Shown here piece after piece: positions 52,538 through 64,000 of a stretch of DNA of 64,000 nucleotides; the stretch's first letter is position 1, and each line of letters starts with the position of its first letter. The DNA is taken from contig JAUCBJ010003580.1 in the NCBI GenBank assembly GCA_032718475.1, positions 24,027-88,026 of the forward strand, read 5' to 3'. A program made the position numbers and the translations under genes. Source of the stretch: Nemertoderma westbladi. Lineage: Eukaryota; Animalia; Xenacoelomorpha. The notes below the pieces were generated by a model. That model was not told where the DNA came from. It ran no database searches and saw only the letters and a program-made list of their open reading frames with translations.

Positions 52538-53434
52538 ATGGGGCCAAAACATAAACAGTTGTCTAATGACCCTGATATTGAACATAAGGTTGACAAGCTG
52601 GAAGAACTACTAAAAATAGTTAGTCTCGATATCAAAGAGATAAAGTCCAGCCTTAATGAAATTCAGGAAATTAAGAAAGAGAACATTGCTCTCAAACAAG
52701 ATAATTTACGGCTGTCTGCAAAACTTGAGGAATCTATTAAGAATCACGATTCTCTGGAGCAGTATGGAAAACGCAATAACGTACTTCTACATGGTGCCCC
52801 GCAATCTTCTGCAATCAGCGATAGAGACTACGTCATTCGGCTTCTATCCGACATCTGCGACATCCCTCCAAGTTCAGTCGACGTAGTCCATCGCTTAGGT
52901 GCTGGTATGGGAGTCTCCGATCGTAGGTCTACCGGTACCCGCCCAATCCTGATAAGATTTATAGGCCACTCTTCCAGATATTCTGTGTTCCGAAAGGAAG
53001 TTAAGGATAAACTTCTGAAATTCCATGGTAGTCTATATTTCACTGACCACCTCACTGCTTATCGCTCCCAGCTTCTCCGCAACCTGTTTCGCTTAAAGTC
53101 AGAAAAGGCAATTGATAGAGCGTACACCCGTTCCGGAAACATTTACGCGAAACTCACCCCCGAAAGTAAACCAATCCTTATTCTGAATGAAGCTGATATC
53201 AAGAAGTTACAACGCCCAGTGGTTGGTGATCATATACCTGTCGTTGCCACTGCTGCCGTAACCGACTGGCAGCAGCCCGTTAGCAGACGGAGACCTCCAC
53301 GTTCGGAAGGAGTGACAACGCGAAAGGGATCAGTTCCTCCCGACACTGCAAAGTCTACAAACTCCTACGAAGTTCTCGACGAATCCTTAGCACATTCGCC
53401 TACCTCGGATGCGGAGTCTGAGATAATCGCATAG
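52538..53434 (+). CDS. LINE ORF1 (coiled coil plus RRM-like/L1-ORF1-type C-terminal domain)
   Basis: Heptad-rich N-terminus followed by LEQYGKRNNVLLHG, DVVHRLG, RPILIRF, YFTDHLT and AYTRSGNIY, the motif series typical of ORF1 in invertebrate CR1/L2/Crack-group LINEs. Confidence 0.8.
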   Translation: MGPKHKQLSNDPDIEHKVDKLEELLKIVSLDIKEIKSSLNEIQEIKKENIALKQDNLRLSAKLEESIKNHDSLEQYGKRNNVLLHGAPQSSAISDRDYVIRLLSDICDIPPSSVDVVHRLGAGMGVSDRRSTGTRPILIRFIGHSSRYSVFRKEVKDKLLKFHGSLYFTDHLTAYRSQLLRNLFRLKSEKAIDRAYTRSGNIYAKLTPESKPILILNEADIKKLQRPVVGDHIPVVATAAVTDWQQPVSRRRPPRSEGVTTRKGSVPPDTAKSTNSYEVLDESLAHSPTSDAESEIIA

Positions 53435-53574
53435 GAACAGGCTGTATTTCTTCCCTACAACTTGAAGGTTTTTTGCTTTATATTATGTACCGCTTACCCG
53501 AGTATATTCGAAATTATTTCTCTTTTGTATTATATGTGGCTCTATCTAATTTAGCTCAGCTGTAAGAGCAGAAG

Positions 53575-53865
53575 AGCTGTCGGCTTTTTTAGATATGATG
53601 AAATTTCCTTAGTTTTTTCGTTTTTTTTTCTCTTTCCATGTTATTATATAGGCTATGTCATTATTATAATTATCACAAAAAGCTGTCAGCTTTTTGAAAT
53701 ATGATGAAAATTTCTTAGTTTTTTTCTTTTTTTTTTTCTTTCTATGTTATTATATGGGCTACGTCATTATTATAATTATTACAAAGATCCGCTTAATACA
53801 ATTAAAACTATAATGTCGGTATTCTGAAATATATGATGAAATTTTCTCAGTTTTTTCTTTCTATA
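53575..53865. repeat. Three imperfect ~105-135 bp repeats in the LINE inter-ORF spacer
   Basis: atatgatgaaaWtttYYtYagtttttt recurs at ~53593, ~53699 and ~53831. Confidence 0.7.
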
Positions 53866-54149
53866 TTAGTATATACCATAATGTAAGGATATATACCGGT
53901 ATACAATTTAAAATATAAACTATAATGCTGACTTTTTGACATAGCATCGCATGGCAATAAAAAGGCGCTAACTCAGCCATCACGATACGATTAAATTTTC
54001 TAAGTTCTTTTTTTTTCTAAGTTTGTGTATTGTGTATGTATATTTTTATAAGGTTCTCATTAATCTGACTGCTACTGCTACCACATGTAATTGCGTGAGG
54101 AAACAACTGCATTTACTTTTTTAACTTGTAATTAAAATATAAGTACCAT

Positions 54150-57100
54150 ATGTTTAGTTGTGATGTTGATTCGGCAAGCTGCGGGTTCTGCTTTTCTAAT
54201 TTTAAAAAATCTGATAATATTTTTCATTGTAATAATTGTTCTACCACTTACCACCTCCCTTGTGGCTCACACCTTACAGCAGACCAACTTTTTTATGTGA
54301 ACTCCCCAATGTGCATATACTGTTATAGTGAAACATTTCCCTTTACTGATGTGGCTGAAGATGACGCTGACATATTTAACACTGAAAAATGTGAGAATGC
54401 CCAAAATGATTCAAATTATAACTCAAATATTTTTTCCAGTATTGATCCTGAAAATAACATTATGAGTAATATTGATACTTCCGGCTATTTTGATACAAAT
54501 AAATTATCAGCTAAACTTAATGAAATTAACTCTTCTGATCATTTTTCAATATACCATTTAAACTGTAGAAGTCTGAAAAAAAATCTTTCGGCCATAACTG
54601 ATTATTTACAATCTTTAGAAACCAAATTTGATGTGCTATCTTTCACCGAAACGTTTTTGGCCGATGATGACCCCACTAATTTAATAAATATTGAAGGTTA
54701 TATAGGTCCATTCACCGATAATAGGGTAATTAAGGTAACTAAACGCGGTAAAATCATTAAACGGGGAGGTTGTGCTATCTACGTCCGCCAGGAACTAACA
54801 GTTACTGACCGTAGTGATGATCTAAAGGTGTCAGATATGGAGAACTGTTGGGTAGAAATTAAACGAAAATCTAACCAAAAACCCTTGATAATTGGCACAA
54901 TTTATAGACCTGGTTCTTATAGTTATGATAATTTTGCACCTAAGCTAGACCAGTTATTACATACACTGAATGATAAAAAATACGACACAATTATAACAGG
55001 TGACTATAATATAGATCTACTTAGAAATACTACGGAATCTCGAGATTATCTTCAGCTAATAAATTCAAATGGTTTCTCCCAACAAGTAAATAATCCAACT
55101 CGTATAACAGATCATTCTAAATCCTTAATAGATCATATTTTATGTAACGTTACTGATGGAATTTGTCATCCGGGAGTTTTCCTTACAGATACTGGTACAA
55201 CTGACCATTTACCGACATTCCTACTTCTTTCTAAGTACTCTTGTCATTTTGACACACCTGAAGTGACCTATGTCTACGATTATTCAAAATTCAATAAAAA
55301 TAATTTTATGACTGATTTAAGAAACGCGACCCTCTACAATTATAACTCTGACCATATTCCAGTAAAAGAAAAGTATTCCGTTTTTTACAAGAACTTCAAA
55401 ACAATATGTGCCAATCACCTACCAGCCAAACGACTTTCTAAACGTACAACCCCAAAAAAACCCTGGCTATCTCAGAACCTAGTAAAGTGCATAAATAACA
55501 AAAATCGGCTCTATTCTAAATATGTTTCTAAACGATCTCAAGAAAATTACAACTTTTATAAAACATACCGTAACAAATTAACTTCATTATTAAGACGAGC
55601 TGAAAAGGAATACTTCTCTAAACAATTCCAAAAAAATCAGTCTGACATTAAAAAAACGTGGAGAACTATCAATTCAGCACTAAACCGGTCAAATAAATCC
55701 TCTGTGCCAAAACGTCTCTCAGTAACTACACCCTCTGGTACCACAAATATTACAGACCCCTATGAAATTGCCAATTCACTTAACGAGCATTTTTCAACCG
55801 TCGGCACAAAATTACGACATGATATCCCTGCTTCAAACCGCTCCCCTACTAAGCATATTCGTCATGGTCGACCTAACTCATTTACTCTTGTAGAAACCAC
55901 CCCCGTTGAGGTTCAATATTATTTATTAAATCTTAATTCTAATTCATCAACAAACGATCCATTTCCAGTATATTTAGTTAAGCTTTGTTCTGAATTGTTA
56001 TCCACCCATTTATCATACTTAATCAATTTGTCAATAATTCAATGGTTTTTTTCCCGACAGTTTAAAATTAGCTAAAGTAATCCCAGTATATAAAGGTGGT
56101 ACCCCTGCGGATCGTAATAATTATAGACCCATATCTATCTTGCCCATATTCAGTAAAATTTATGAAAGAATAATATACACACAATTAATTTCATATATAG
56201 AACGCTTTAATATTTTATCACGTCAACAGTATGGATTTCGTAAAAAATACACAACTATGTACGCAATTTTGGATATCGTTGAAAATTTAAGACAAGCACT
56301 TGACTCCGGTGAATCTTCATGTGTGGTTTACATAGACTTAAAAAAAGCTTTTGATACCCTCGACCACAAAATCATCTTAAAAAAACTTGATTGTTATGGA
56401 GTTCGTGGGTGTCAATTAAATCTGTTCACTGACTACCTCACCAACCGTCTCCAGCAAGTTTCCCTTGGCTCAGTTATATCTACGTCCAGATCTATAACAG
56501 TTGGTGTACCCCAAGGCAGCTTACTAGGTCCCCTACTTTTCTTACTCTATATAAATGACCTACCCAACTCTCTCGATGTAACTACCACTCTATTCGCAGA
56601 CGATACTACCTTACGTCATAGCTCTAAATCCTTACCTCTCGCATTATCGACTCTGAACAGTAACCTAAGCAGACTTTCAGACTGGTTGACTGACAATAAG
56701 CTAACCTTAAATATAAAAAAAACCGAATACTGTATTTACTCCAATAGTAAGTCATATGGGGTCAACACTTTACCTAATGCAATAATCAATGACACTAATA
56801 TTACCAAAGTAACCAGTGCTAAATATTTGGGGGTGCAAATTGATAATGAACTGTCTTGGAAGCCACACATCAATTTAATTCTTAAAAAAATATCTAAAAC
56901 TAGCGGACTATTATATAAATTGAGACATATATTTCCCCTAAGAATTTTGTGTCTTATTTTCACATCTTTAATTCAACCATATTTACAATACGCCATTGCC
57001 TTATGGGGAAATACTTTTGCTTCGATATTACGCCCGCTTAGAACTAGAACCAACAAAATTGTACGTACAATTACTTTTAGTCATTATCAGGCATCCTCTG

Positions 57101-57423
57101 CACCACTATACAAAAAATTAAAAATTCTCCCAATAGATAAACTTTATAAATTCGAAGTAGCAAAATTAATGTATGACGTCAACAAAGGTTTTTCACCCCT
57201 GGCACATCTTTTTCAGCGAACTAGTAGTGTACACTCTTATGGCACCCGCTCGGCTACACACGATAATTATTTTATCCCACGCGTTCGACTGCTCGTCGGA
57301 CAAAATTCCCTGCAATATCAAGGTCCTGTCATTTGGAAATCTGTCAACGATAAACTTAAAAATTTACCAAATAAGCCACTCTTCTGCAGGAAGCTTAAGC
57401 TTAATCTTCTGGACTCTTTATAA
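54150..57423 (+). pseudogene. LINE ORF2 (PHD-like finger, APE endonuclease, RT) with one frameshift near 56045
   Basis: N-terminal CxxC..CxxC..HxxC..CxxC; HLNCRSL, FTETFL, GDYN, NNPTR, IDH, TDH; then YRPISI, QYGFR, DLKKAFDT, GVPQGSLLGP, FADD and YLG. The two ORFs (54150-56075, 56140-57423) are offset around a T-run. Confidence 0.9.
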
Positions 57424-57502
57424 ATAGTAGTTACACAACGATATATACCCAACCAGTAGGCGTAGCATCATTCGGAATGTGTTTTATTGTACTATCCGTG
57501 CG

Positions 57503-57998
57503 TGGGGTGCCATATTCTACCCGGGTGCGGGGTCACGCCTGTATCCGGTGGGATGCCATGTTCTACCCGGGCGCGGGGTCACGCCTGTATCCGGTAGGAT
57601 GCCATGTTCTACCCGGGCGCGGGGTCACGCCTGTCTCCGGTGGGATGCCATGTTCTACCCGGGCGCGGGGTCACGCCTGTATCCGGTGGGATGCCATGTT
57701 CTACCCGGGCGCGGGGTCACGCCTGTCTCCGGTGGGATGCCATGTTCTACCCGGGCGCGGGGTCACGCCTGTATCCGGTGGGATGCCATATTCTACCCGG
57801 GCGCGGGGTCACGCCTGTATCCAGTGGGATGCCATATTCTACCCGGGCGCGGGGTCACGCCTGTATCCGGTGGGATGTCATGTTCTACCCGGGCGCGGGG
57901 TCACGCCTGTCTCCGGTGGGATGCCATGTTCTACCCGGGCGCGGGGTCACGCCTGTATCCGGTGGGATGCCATGTTCTACCCGGGCGCGGGGTCACGC
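57503..57998. repeat. 46 bp GC-rich minisatellite, ~11 copies, in the LINE 3'UTR
   Basis: Unit gggatgccatgttctacccgggcgcggggtcacgcctgtatccggt. Confidence 0.95.
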
Positions 57999-58851
57999 TT
58001 TCGCCCATTGGGTCCTTGAATATTCAGATTAATACTGGGGATAAATATTTGAATTTTGGTATACTATCGGTAAAAATTAACACCCTAAATTTTATATTAC
58101 TATTAGTTAAATTAAACACTCTTTAAATTAAATTTAAAATCATATTATCTCATTAGGTTCTGAATAGCCAAATTAAAAAATTAATCTAAATTACATCAAA
58201 TATTCCACCAATCAAAACATTCCACCTCTAAGTAAGCCGCGTCAGTATAGAGGACTTCCACGACTTCTTTTACTGTATTTATATTTAACATTATAAATAT
58301 CTTAACATTTAAGGTTTCATAGTTATATCATTGGTCGCTAATATATTATATACACTTTTTTCTTAATATTGCCCTGCTTTACTCTTAGAACTCGTTGTCT
58401 TGCCGATCAATACTTGTAATTTAAGGATATTATCTCTTATTGTATTGCCATACCACCATACTTAAAGGTGGCAGCGATTACTAGCACCACCGTGCTACAC
58501 GCTGTCTCCATCCGTCTAAATTAATAAAATTATCAATTTGTAACAATTTAAGTATTCCCATTGTGTATGTATGTATATTGTTATTATTGGAAATATTATT
58601 GGAAAATAAACTGAATTGAATTGAAAAAAAAATTGTGCCGTATGTAATGGATTCCTATGGAGAATACTCCGTATGTGATTTTAGAGATTAGGCATTGCGG
58701 ACCAGTAAGAAGTGCACTACACACATGCAGACTGAAGACAGGTAGGCCTACTTAAAGCTAAGTGATTTAAAGCTGTAAAGCGTGTGGCTGCTGCTACCTT
58801 ATGTGAAATAAACAATGCAGGACATGTCCAGGATGAGTGACAGCCGGTGTC

Positions 58852-59026
58852 CTACTACTACTAGGATCGGCATGCTGCATTGCAGCTGCATTTTTAAGAA
58901 TGCTGTGCCGGCTTGTCAACAAAATTGCACCGCCACAACTCCCTATCACCCATGACATTTGCTAGATCATCCGCATCTTCAAGGCCAGTGTCCTTTAAAA
59001 TGCGTCTCAAGAAAGTCATGGGCTGT
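58852..59026 (-). mobile_element. 175 bp 3'-end fragment of the RTE-like LINE
   Basis: Near-identical to 20321-20492, including the (CTA)n tail. Confidence 0.9.
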
Positions 59027-59999
59027 GCCCGGGATGCAGCCCCGGGATGCGCCAGCAGTGCAGTACCTATTAACCAGTTAACTCGTCTTGACGCCGCTTG
59101 GAAAACTAGCCAACCGTGATTTATTTTTGAACTGTTTTTCCACCAACCTGGCTATAGAATGTTGTTGGTTGCTACAGTATATGGCACTAACATACATAGT
59201 ATATAGACTGATAGAAGCAGCAATGAGAATGCTAAGGGAATCAACAGTCGCACAGATATTGAAAACCCATTCACAAAACACATTCATTCATTCAATTCAA
59301 CCGTCGTGTCAGTCTGTCCTTCTTTGTGAATTTATTGACATATAATAATATACCTTTACTTTCGCCTTTTCGGGGCCAGTGTTTAGTTAACCATAGCAGG
59401 CCCTATGCAGCCAAGTGCCAACAAGACCAACCTAGTGCCAGTTAGTCAAACCACGTGTCTGCGAGTGCAACCGGGTGCCAGTAATTAATCTAAGTCCAAC
59501 CGGGCGGCCAGGTGTCAGTTAGTACAATAAAACAAGCGCTGTGGCGCATCCCGGGACTGAGGGACATCATCTGTCACTCATCCTGGACCTACAATGTTTA
59601 TTTGACATAAGGTAGCGGCAGCCACACTCTTTAAATCACTTAGCTTTAAGTAGGCCTAACTGTCTTCAGTCTGCATGTGTGTTGTGCACTTCTTACTGGT
59701 CCGCAATGCGCCTAATCTTTAAAATCACATACGGATTATTCTCCATAGGAATCCATTACATACGCGTATGTGCATACGGATACGGCAAATGCGTACGGAT
59801 ACGGATACGGCGAAAAGTTATACCCAGCTACTCCCTTCCTCACCTCCACGCTACTCGTGACCTTAGCACTAGCCTACTCTCAACCTTAGATTTACCACAG
59901 TCCTTAGGTATTCTGCCTAAGCTACTGGGGTCGTATCAATCCCTAATACCAAAACATAACGTGAAATTAACAACAACAACACCAACAACTGAAATAAAT

Positions 60000-60175
60000 A
60001 AATAAACTAAATTAAGTAGATTCTGATTGGTTTAAAAAATAAATCAACTAAATTAAGCAGATTTCTGATTGGTAGAAAAAATAAAAAAACTAAATTAAGT
60101 TAATTCTGATTGGTTTAAAAAATAAATCAACTAAATTAAGCAGATTTCTGATTGGTAGAAAAAATAAATAAACTA
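60000..60175. repeat. ~41-42 bp tandem repeat x4
   Basis: Unit approximately aactaaattaagYagattctgattggtWWaaaaaataaa. Confidence 0.8.
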
Positions 60176-60548
60176 TGTAATATGGATATTTGAAGAGCAC
60201 GAAAAAGAACGAAAAAGGAGAAGATACAAATGGAATTGAAACATAATACTAGAGGCGGGCCTAGCGGCCCGTGAAGCAGGTCGTAGGAGACAGTACGAGT
60301 CAAGTAAAAGCTTTTTGTTATGTCTGATAATCAATTAGTGTGAGGGTAGTCCCGGTGGTGTACGCAAAATTTTCTAGACAACTTCAAACTATAATTATAT
60401 TATGTTGTAATCATAATACTGTGGGGCGAGCCACGAAGTGAGTGAGCCTTAGCGTAGGAGTACCATCAATCAACCTGTGGGTCGAGCCACGAAGTGAGTG
60501 AGCCTTAGCGTAGTGGTACCATTAATCAACCTGTGGGGCGAGCCACGG

Positions 60549-62404
60549 ATTAAAAGGGGTGAACACGTACTGTCCCCCTTTCTTTGATTGATTGGTGGTG
60601 TGGGTAAATTTCTCAAAACCTGATTTTGTGATACAGTCGCTCAATTTTAATTTGTATCTAATAACTGGGCCTCGTGCTGCGCAAAGGCCCCAAGAACGTG
60701 TCGTTCTGTCGTTCTTGTTCAATTTTAAACGTTAATAACTCGGCCAATCTTCGATGAAATCTATCCAAACTTGGTACACATGTTGTTTGGCAAAAGTTTA
60801 GAAATTTTCCAAGTTGAATTTTCGTGTGGCCTTCGAGAAGCTAAGATAATAGCAGTTAATTAGTTAATTAAATTGATTACGGTAAAAACAGCACTTTCAA
60901 CCTGCCTGTTAAAGGAAATTAATTGTTTTACAGTATAAGACTTCAATAATTATACTTAAAAATTATACAGATGTAATCCACATACCCCATTCTATTATAG
61001 TTTTTAATTAGTTCAAGTGATTTGCTTTAATAATTGTGTCTTTAATTGATCTAAAGTAATTAAAACGGCATAAAAAATTGATTCTCATTAAATACTGCTC
61101 ATTTATTGGCCAACATGCTGGTACATAGATGGAAGGATGTGTGTGTAAGGCAGCCAGTTGCTGGGAATGATTATTGGTCAAGTCTCTGCTGGTGTGGAGC
61201 TAGCTGGCTGGGAGTTGTGGCTGTAGACTAACCAGAGAGGAATTGTAATAGGCAACCAGTATTGCTATTCCAGCCCAGACAGCATTCTTTAAATCCCACA
61301 TCCCACCATCCTTCCTGTATTCCAATTCCTATTGACTCTACTATAAATGTTGTATTGCTATCTCAGGTAAATGACAGATATAATAACATAAATACTATCC
61401 ATGGCATGGCTGTTGTGTAGGCTTATATATGAAATAGTTTATTCCACAATGTATTTGTCTGGTTATTTTTTAATTGAATTTTTGTAAAGTAGTAAAATTA
61501 ATGTTCTTAAAAATAATTTTATTATTTTATATGTAACCAAGGAAATTAGCTACATTTTTTCGCTGCAGCTTTAAGAGTGTACATTGATTTAATATTATTT
61601 CAATACCCATATTACTACATCGGCATACGATGCGTTGGCGTTGTATCACACATCTCCACATAGATGTATCAGCAGTTACTCGCACAGTTTCGAAACTTCG
61701 CATAGTTATAACTGTATAAAGGTCGTCAGTCTGCGTTTAGGAAAAATATTTTATGACAACACAGGACGAGCGACGAGCGCAACGAGGCATATAATGAAGA
61801 CGAGTACTGCGTAGACTATATTCCTATAAACCATACCTGGCTGCGCCTATTGAACGCATCGGTAGTTATAAAGATCGTCAGTCTGCGTTTAGGAAATATA
61901 TTTAAATACAAAACAGGACGAGCACAACGAGGCTTATAAAGAAGACGAGTACTGCGTTGACTATATTATTATATAAACCACCTGGCTTCACACATTGATC
62001 GCATCCCTAGTTATTATTATTATAAAGATCGTCCTAGCCTGCGTTTAAGAAATATATTTAAATTCAAAACAGGACGAACGCAACGAGGCTTATAATGAAA
62101 ACGAGTACTGCGTTTATTATATTCCTATAAACCACCTGGCTTTGCATATTGAACGTGCGATTGGAAATAAGTTCGTGCTACCCTTCCGTGGGTGGTAGAT
62201 GTCGCGGTTATGTATTGGTGGGTGGGAAGGGTGGGGGGGGGGGGGGTGCAGATTAAAAGGGCTGAACACGTACTGTACCCCTTTCTTTAATTGATTGGTG
62301 GTGTGGGTAAATTTCTCAAATACTGATTTTGTGATACAGTCGCTCAGTTTTAATTTGTATCTCATAACTGGGCCTCGTGCTGCGCGAAGGCCCCACGAAC
62401 GTGT
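60549..62404. repeat. Pair of ~155 bp dispersed direct repeats (60549-60702 and 62251-62404) ending in a GC hairpin
   Basis: gattaaaagggStgaacacgtactg...gggcctcgtgctgcgcRaaggcccc is present twice. Confidence 0.85.
61716..62160. repeat. ~152 bp imperfect tandem repeat x3
   Basis: ataaagRtcgtc...ctgcgttta...acaggacga...aacgagg...acgagtactgcgt recurs at ~61716, ~61868 and ~62022. Confidence 0.8.
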
Positions 62405-62956
62405 AACCTGCTCCTTTATGTTAAACTCAGGTTTTCTCTACCTGTCTGCTAGTTGACATTCTGGCAATCTGGATGTCGAAATATTACAGTATTAATAGGT
62501 AAAAAGAACAATAAAATAAGTAAAAAAAATAATTTGAAAAAAATAGGTACCGGTAAAATGATAAAAAAAATAGGAAAAAAATAGGTAGGCCTACCGAAAA
62601 ATAACTGCCTATCCAATAAATCGACAACATTGAATTTTAAATATAGAATCAAACATAGGCAGATACCAGATAGAAAACTATCAAAAATAGTAAGCAGCAA
62701 TCCAGCATATCTAAAAAACTGAAAATAGGCCTACCGGTACATGTACGTACAGATGTCAGGATGTATACCAGTACAGCTACCGGCTACAGCAGTATTACAG
62801 TACTGCAGTACCATTTATAATGCAGTAATGGCAGAATGGATAGGCCTACCACGGACTGACAAGGACTGATGGACCAGATGACGAATCGCTACACAATGAA
62901 CCAAAGCGTATCCGCCCGCGAATTATCGGATGCTGCAACTAAACGACCCTACTGCC

Positions 62957-64000
62957 CTACCCTTCTGTACCGGTGTGTAACGCAACCATCGACTCCACGT
63001 TCACCGTAACACCAAAAAAAAACTCCCCGGATGGAGGAACCCCGGTGCGTCGGACCTCGCTTCGATTACAGAGACGTCGTTCGACCATCGTTCCTCTGGC
63101 GGTGATGTCGCCGGAAGGGGAAAGCCTCCGGACAGACGCAGAATCCGGAATCGGACAGTCGAACGCAGCTTCCGGAATCGGACAATCGAACGCAGAATCC
63201 GGAATCGGACAGTCGGATGCGGCTTCCGGGATCGGACAGTTGAACGCATCTTCCGGAATCGTACAGTCGAAACGATTCTACCCTCCTGTACCGGTGTGTA
63301 ACGCAACCATCGACTCCACGTTCACCGTAACACCAAAAAAAAAACTCCCCGGATGGAGGAACCCCGGTGCGTCGGACCTCGCTTCGATTACAGAGACGTC
63401 GTTCGACCATCGTTCCTCTGGCGGGGATGTCGCCGGAAGGGGAAAGCCTCCGGACAGACGCAGAATCCGGAATCGGACAGTCGAACGCAGCTTCCGGAAT
63501 CGGACAATCGAACGCAGAATCCGGAATCGGACAGTCGGACGCAGCTTCCGGAATCGGACAGTCGGACGCAGCTTCCGGTATCGGACAGTCGGACGCAGCT
63601 TCCGGAATCGGACAGTCTGACTCTGCTTCCGGAATTGGACAGTCGAACGCAGCTTCCGGTATCGGACAGTCGGACGCAGCTTCCGGTATCGGACAGTCGG
63701 ACGCAGCTTTCGGAATCGGACAGTCGGACGCAGCTTCCGGTATCGGACAGTCGGACGCAGCTTCCGGAATCGGACAGTCGGACGCAGCTTCCAGGATCGG
63801 ACAGTCGGACGCAGCTTCCGGAATCGGACAGTCGGACGCAGCTTCCGGAATCGGACAGTCGGACGCAGCTTCCGGAATCGGACAGTCGGGCGCAGCTTCC
63901 GGAATCGGACAGTCGGACGCAGCTTCCGGAATCGGACAGTCGGACGCAGCTTCCAGAATCGGACAGTCGGACGCAGCTTTCGGAATCGGACAGTCGGACG
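62957..64000. repeat. ~322 bp tandem duplication containing a 27 bp repeat that expands to the window end
   Basis: 62957-63278 is nearly identical to 63279-63600. The 27 bp unit ggacagtcggacgcagcttccggaatc continues past 64000. Confidence 0.9.

Larger units (their letters stand above)
52250..58632 (+). mobile_element. Near full-length two-ORF CR1/L2/Crack-group LINE
   Basis: ORF1, ORF2 and a long 3'UTR ending aataaactgaattgaattgaaaaaaaaa. The 5' boundary is approximate and no clear TSD is seen. Confidence 0.85.
52169..59825. mobile_element. Non-autonomous foldback/TIR DNA element whose left arm is split by two retroelement insertions
   Basis: gggtataacttttcgccgtatccgtatccgta (52169) is the inverse of ...tacggatacggcgaaaagttataccc (59825). 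58639-58851 is the inverse of ~59560-59765. agctactc flanks both sides (52159-52166, 59826-59833). Confidence 0.8.

Noticed and set aside
57477-58126. Three overlapping ORFs of 142-215 aa
   Set aside because: Translations of the 46 bp minisatellite.

Overview
Eukaryotic (metazoan-like) genomic DNA, not prokaryotic. The first ~34 kb holds the middle and 3' part of an intron-containing LRRIQ1-like gene (leucine-rich repeats plus IQ motifs) on the + strand. Six exons can be joined in frame through GT-AG junctions: 3479-6196, 8406-8604, 11475-11647, 26732-26931, 33184-33389 and 33489-33603. Roughly half of the window is tandem repeat, in more than a dozen mutually unrelated arrays with units of 11-55 bp, two of them inside a coding exon. 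The most striking array has about 250 copies of a 50-51 bp unit made of the gene's own exon end plus its 5' splice donor, which inflates an apparent ~260 bp intron to ~15 kb. Three arrays carry retroelement insertions with target-site duplications: a Penelope-like element with a minimal hammerhead ribozyme, an RTE-like LINE and a CR1-like LINE. A near full-length two-ORF LINE sits inside a foldback/TIR element. The long ORFs over the satellites in the ORF track are artefacts of stop-free repeat units. All family assignments come from motif recognition, not database searches.
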